This document shows positions 61,677-64,000 of a stretch of 64,000 nt of DNA, one piece after another. A program made the translations under genes and the position numbers. How positions within the stretch are numbered: position 1 is the first letter of the stretch; each line of letters opens with the position of its first letter. The notes under the pieces were generated by a model. The model saw nothing but the letters and a program-made list of their open reading frames with translations, was not told the DNA's origin and made no database searches. This stretch comes from Clostridia bacterium (GTDB lineage: Bacteria > Bacillota > Clostridia > CAKSNL01 > HGM11501). The stretch covers positions 1-64,000 of the forward strand of contig JAZQAZ010000029.1 of assembly GCA_045545475.1 (NCBI GenBank), given 5' to 3'.

Positions 61677-62414
61677 TTATAATACACACTTTAAGAAATT
61701 TTGCGTACGCTCGCTTTTGGGATTTGAGAAAAGCTCTTCAGGTGCTGCTTCTTCTATTATATATCCTTCGTCCATAAAAATAACACGGTCTGCAACTTCT
61801 CTTGCAAAGCCCATTTCGTGGGTTACCACAACCATGGTCATGCCGGAGGCCGCAAGCTCCTTCATAACCTGCAAAACTTCCCCAACCATTTCGGGGTCAA
61901 GAGCACTTGTGGGCTCGTCGAAAAGCATAATGTCGGGATTCATCGCAAGAGCTCTTGCAATGGCAACTCTCTGCTGCTGACCGCCGGATAACTGGCGTGG
62001 AAAGCTTTTTGCTTTGTCTGCAAGGCCAACTCGTTCCAAAAGTTCCATTGCCTTCTGTTCCGCATCGATCTTGTTCATTTTTTTAAGGTCGACCGGTGCA
62101 AGCATGATATTTTTAAGAACGTTTAAGTGCGGGAACAGATTAAACTGCTGGAATACCATTCCTATATTTTCCCTCACCTTATTAATCTTAACCTTTTTGT
62201 CGGTAATATCGTTTCCGTCCACAATAATTGTGCCGGCAGAAGATTCTTCCAAACGGTTAAGGCAACGAAGAAATGTGGATTTACCGCTACCTGAGGGACC
62301 TATAATACATACAACCTCGCCCTCGGTTATTTCGATGTCAATTCCACGCAAAACCTTAAGCTTCCCGAATTTCTTTTTAAGTCCGCTTACCTTGATTTTT
62401 ACATTATCAGCCAC
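61677..62414 (-). CDS. polar amino acid ABC ATPase (GlnQ-like)
   Basis: [35 protein letters not shown]. Confidence 0.95.
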   Translation of the reverse strand: MADNVKIKVSGLKKKFGKLKVLRGIDIEITEGEVVCIIGPSGSGKSTFLRCLNRLEESSAGTIIVDGNDITDKKVKINKVRENIGMVFQQFNLFPHLNVLKNIMLAPVDLKKMNKIDAEQKAMELLERVGLADKAKSFPRQLSGGQQQRVAIARALAMNPDIMLFDEPTSALDPEMVGEVLQVMKELAASGMTMVVVTHEMGFAREVADRVIFMDEGYIIEEAAPEELFSNPKSERTQNFLKCVL

Positions 62415-63072
62415 GGTTAAGCCTCCTCTCCAAAGCCTTTGCAACCTGTTGAAGAATTAAAATTACCACAAGGTACATAACAGCAACAATTGCCCATGTT
62501 TCAAAGGATTTGAATGTTATGGCAATTACGTTTTGAGCCTTGTTAACAAGCTCGGGAAAACCGATTACAGAAAGAATGGATGTATCCTTAAGGGTAATAA
62601 TAAACTGGTTTACAATGCTGGGAATCATGTTTTTAAGCGCCTGGGGAAACACTATCTTAAACATAGATCTCCACTAAGGAAGACCTAGACTTCTTGCTGC
62701 CTCCATCTGTCCCTTATCGATCGCCTGAATTCCTGCACGGATAATTTCGGACATATATGCACCGCAGTTTAATGCAAGGCATACCGTTCCTGCCTGAAGT
62801 GCCGTAAGTGTGCTCTTTATTCCAAATATGGTACGAAGACCGTAGGGTACTCCGTAAAAAACAAAAAATGCAAGTACAATAAGGGGTACACCTCTTATTA
62901 AATTTACATATACAAGGGAAATTCCTTTGCATATTTTACTGTCGACAACGCTCATAAGTCCGAATACAATGCCAAGTACGCATCCGAACAAAAGTCCCCA
63001 AAGGGCTAAAAGCAAGGTTTGTCCCATTGCTTCAAAAAGCAGATTGCCGTATGTTGTTATTATCTGGCTCAT
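62407..63072 (-). pseudogene. polar amino acid ABC permease with in-frame TAG at 62674-62676
   Basis: ...MEAARSLGLP*WRSMFKIVFPQAL...; both halves in the same frame. Confidence 0.8.
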
Positions 63073-63145
63073 CAAAAGCCTCCCTTTACATTCTACAAGG
63101 GCATCGGTTTACCGATGCCCCTGAATTTGTCAAAATCCAAAATGA

Positions 63146-63919
63146 TTAGCCTAAATATGTTGCGATGATTTCGTCGTACTTACCGTTTGCCTTGATATTA
63201 GCAAGACCTGCATTGAAGAGGTCAACAAGCTCCTGGTTAGCTGCATCGAAAATAGCAAATCCGTACTGAGCGGGCTCATTTTCTGTTCCGTCGATGTACT
63301 TCATGGCAAGCTCGCCTGTCATGATGTTATACTTTAAGATGGGAGTATCATCGAAGCAAGCGTCAACCTGTCCGCCAAGTACTGCCTGATACATATCGGG
63401 AGATGTGGGGAAAGTAATAACTTCAAAGCCATATTCTTCCTTGATGGATTCAGCATACTGATTGCTCATTGTGCCGTTCTTAACAGCAACCTTCTTACCG
63501 GAAAGGTCGGAAAGAGCAGCAATTTCAGATTCAGCTGCAACAGCCATACCCTGAGTTGCGTCATAGTATCCTTCAGAGAAAATCCAGCCGGACTCTTTTC
63601 TTTCATCAGTAATGGAAGCACCTGCGATCATACCGTCAGCCTGACCTGCCTGACAAGCAGCGATTGCTGCATCCCAGCCAACATACTGAAGGTCATAGGT
63701 GAATCCCTGATCTTCTGCAATTGCCTTTAAGATGTCCATATCGATACCAATGATGTTACCTTCTGCATCCTGGAACTCAAAGGGAGAAAATCCCTTGTCT
63801 GTTGCAATAACGAAGTGCTTTGCATTTTCAGCTGTTTCCTCTATGGGAGCTTCTCCGCATCCTGCAAAGAGGCATACCATCATAGCGAGAGCCATGATAA
63901 GAGCTAATGTCTTTTTCAT
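63146..63919 (-). CDS. polar amino acid ABC substrate-binding lipoprotein
   Basis: Lipobox FAGC; FSPFEF, GIDMDI, ITDERK, NGKYDEI. Confidence 0.93.
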   Translation of the reverse strand: MKKTLALIMALAMMVCLFAGCGEAPIEETAENAKHFVIATDKGFSPFEFQDAEGNIIGIDMDILKAIAEDQGFTYDLQYVGWDAAIAACQAGQADGMIAGASITDERKESGWIFSEGYYDATQGMAVAAESEIAALSDLSGKKVAVKNGTMSNQYAESIKEEYGFEVITFPTSPDMYQAVLGGQVDACFDDTPILKYNIMTGELAMKYIDGTENEPAQYGFAIFDAANQELVDLFNAGLANIKANGKYDEIIATYLG

Positions 63920-64000
63920 AAAATAATCATCCTTTCAAAAAATAGATGTGCCTATTTTATCACAAAAAAGATGACGTGTCAATTTAAAGATAGTATTTTG

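Noticed and set aside
62674-62676. TAG recoding (code 15 or pyrrolysine)
   Set aside because: TAG ends other genes at their expected C-termini (xylB, TIGR03960 gene); no pyl genes in the window.

Overview
64-kb window from a spore-forming Clostridia-class genome. It starts with a xylose/alpha-xyloside operon (GH31, xylA, xylB, tal) and a divergent AraC gene. Next is a 13,004-bp element integrated at the 3' end of tmRNA. Both att junctions are visible, and the rebuilt attP has 13-bp inverted arms and lies inside the serine integrase gene. The element looks like a phage satellite with unusual cargo: primase-helicase, own sigma factor, an HK97-type capsid protein apparently lacking the scaffold domain, head-closure protein, cos-like site and a tape-measure protein, but no terminase, portal or tail tube. 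A core block follows (ssrA, smpB, secG, eno, hpf, ligA, radical-SAM pair, spoIVFB-like), then catabolic genes. About 17 kb of accessory genes separate spo0A from spoIVB. This stretch contains a BlaI/BlaR1-type locus in which the receptor appears split: one M56 protease gene, then two separate genes sharing an N-terminal MLEKLYxTKMS...RRFSKI + TM module but with unrelated extracellular domains. The window ends with pdaA and a polar amino-acid ABC transporter whose permease has an in-frame TAG. All family calls are by motif recognition only; no searches were run.
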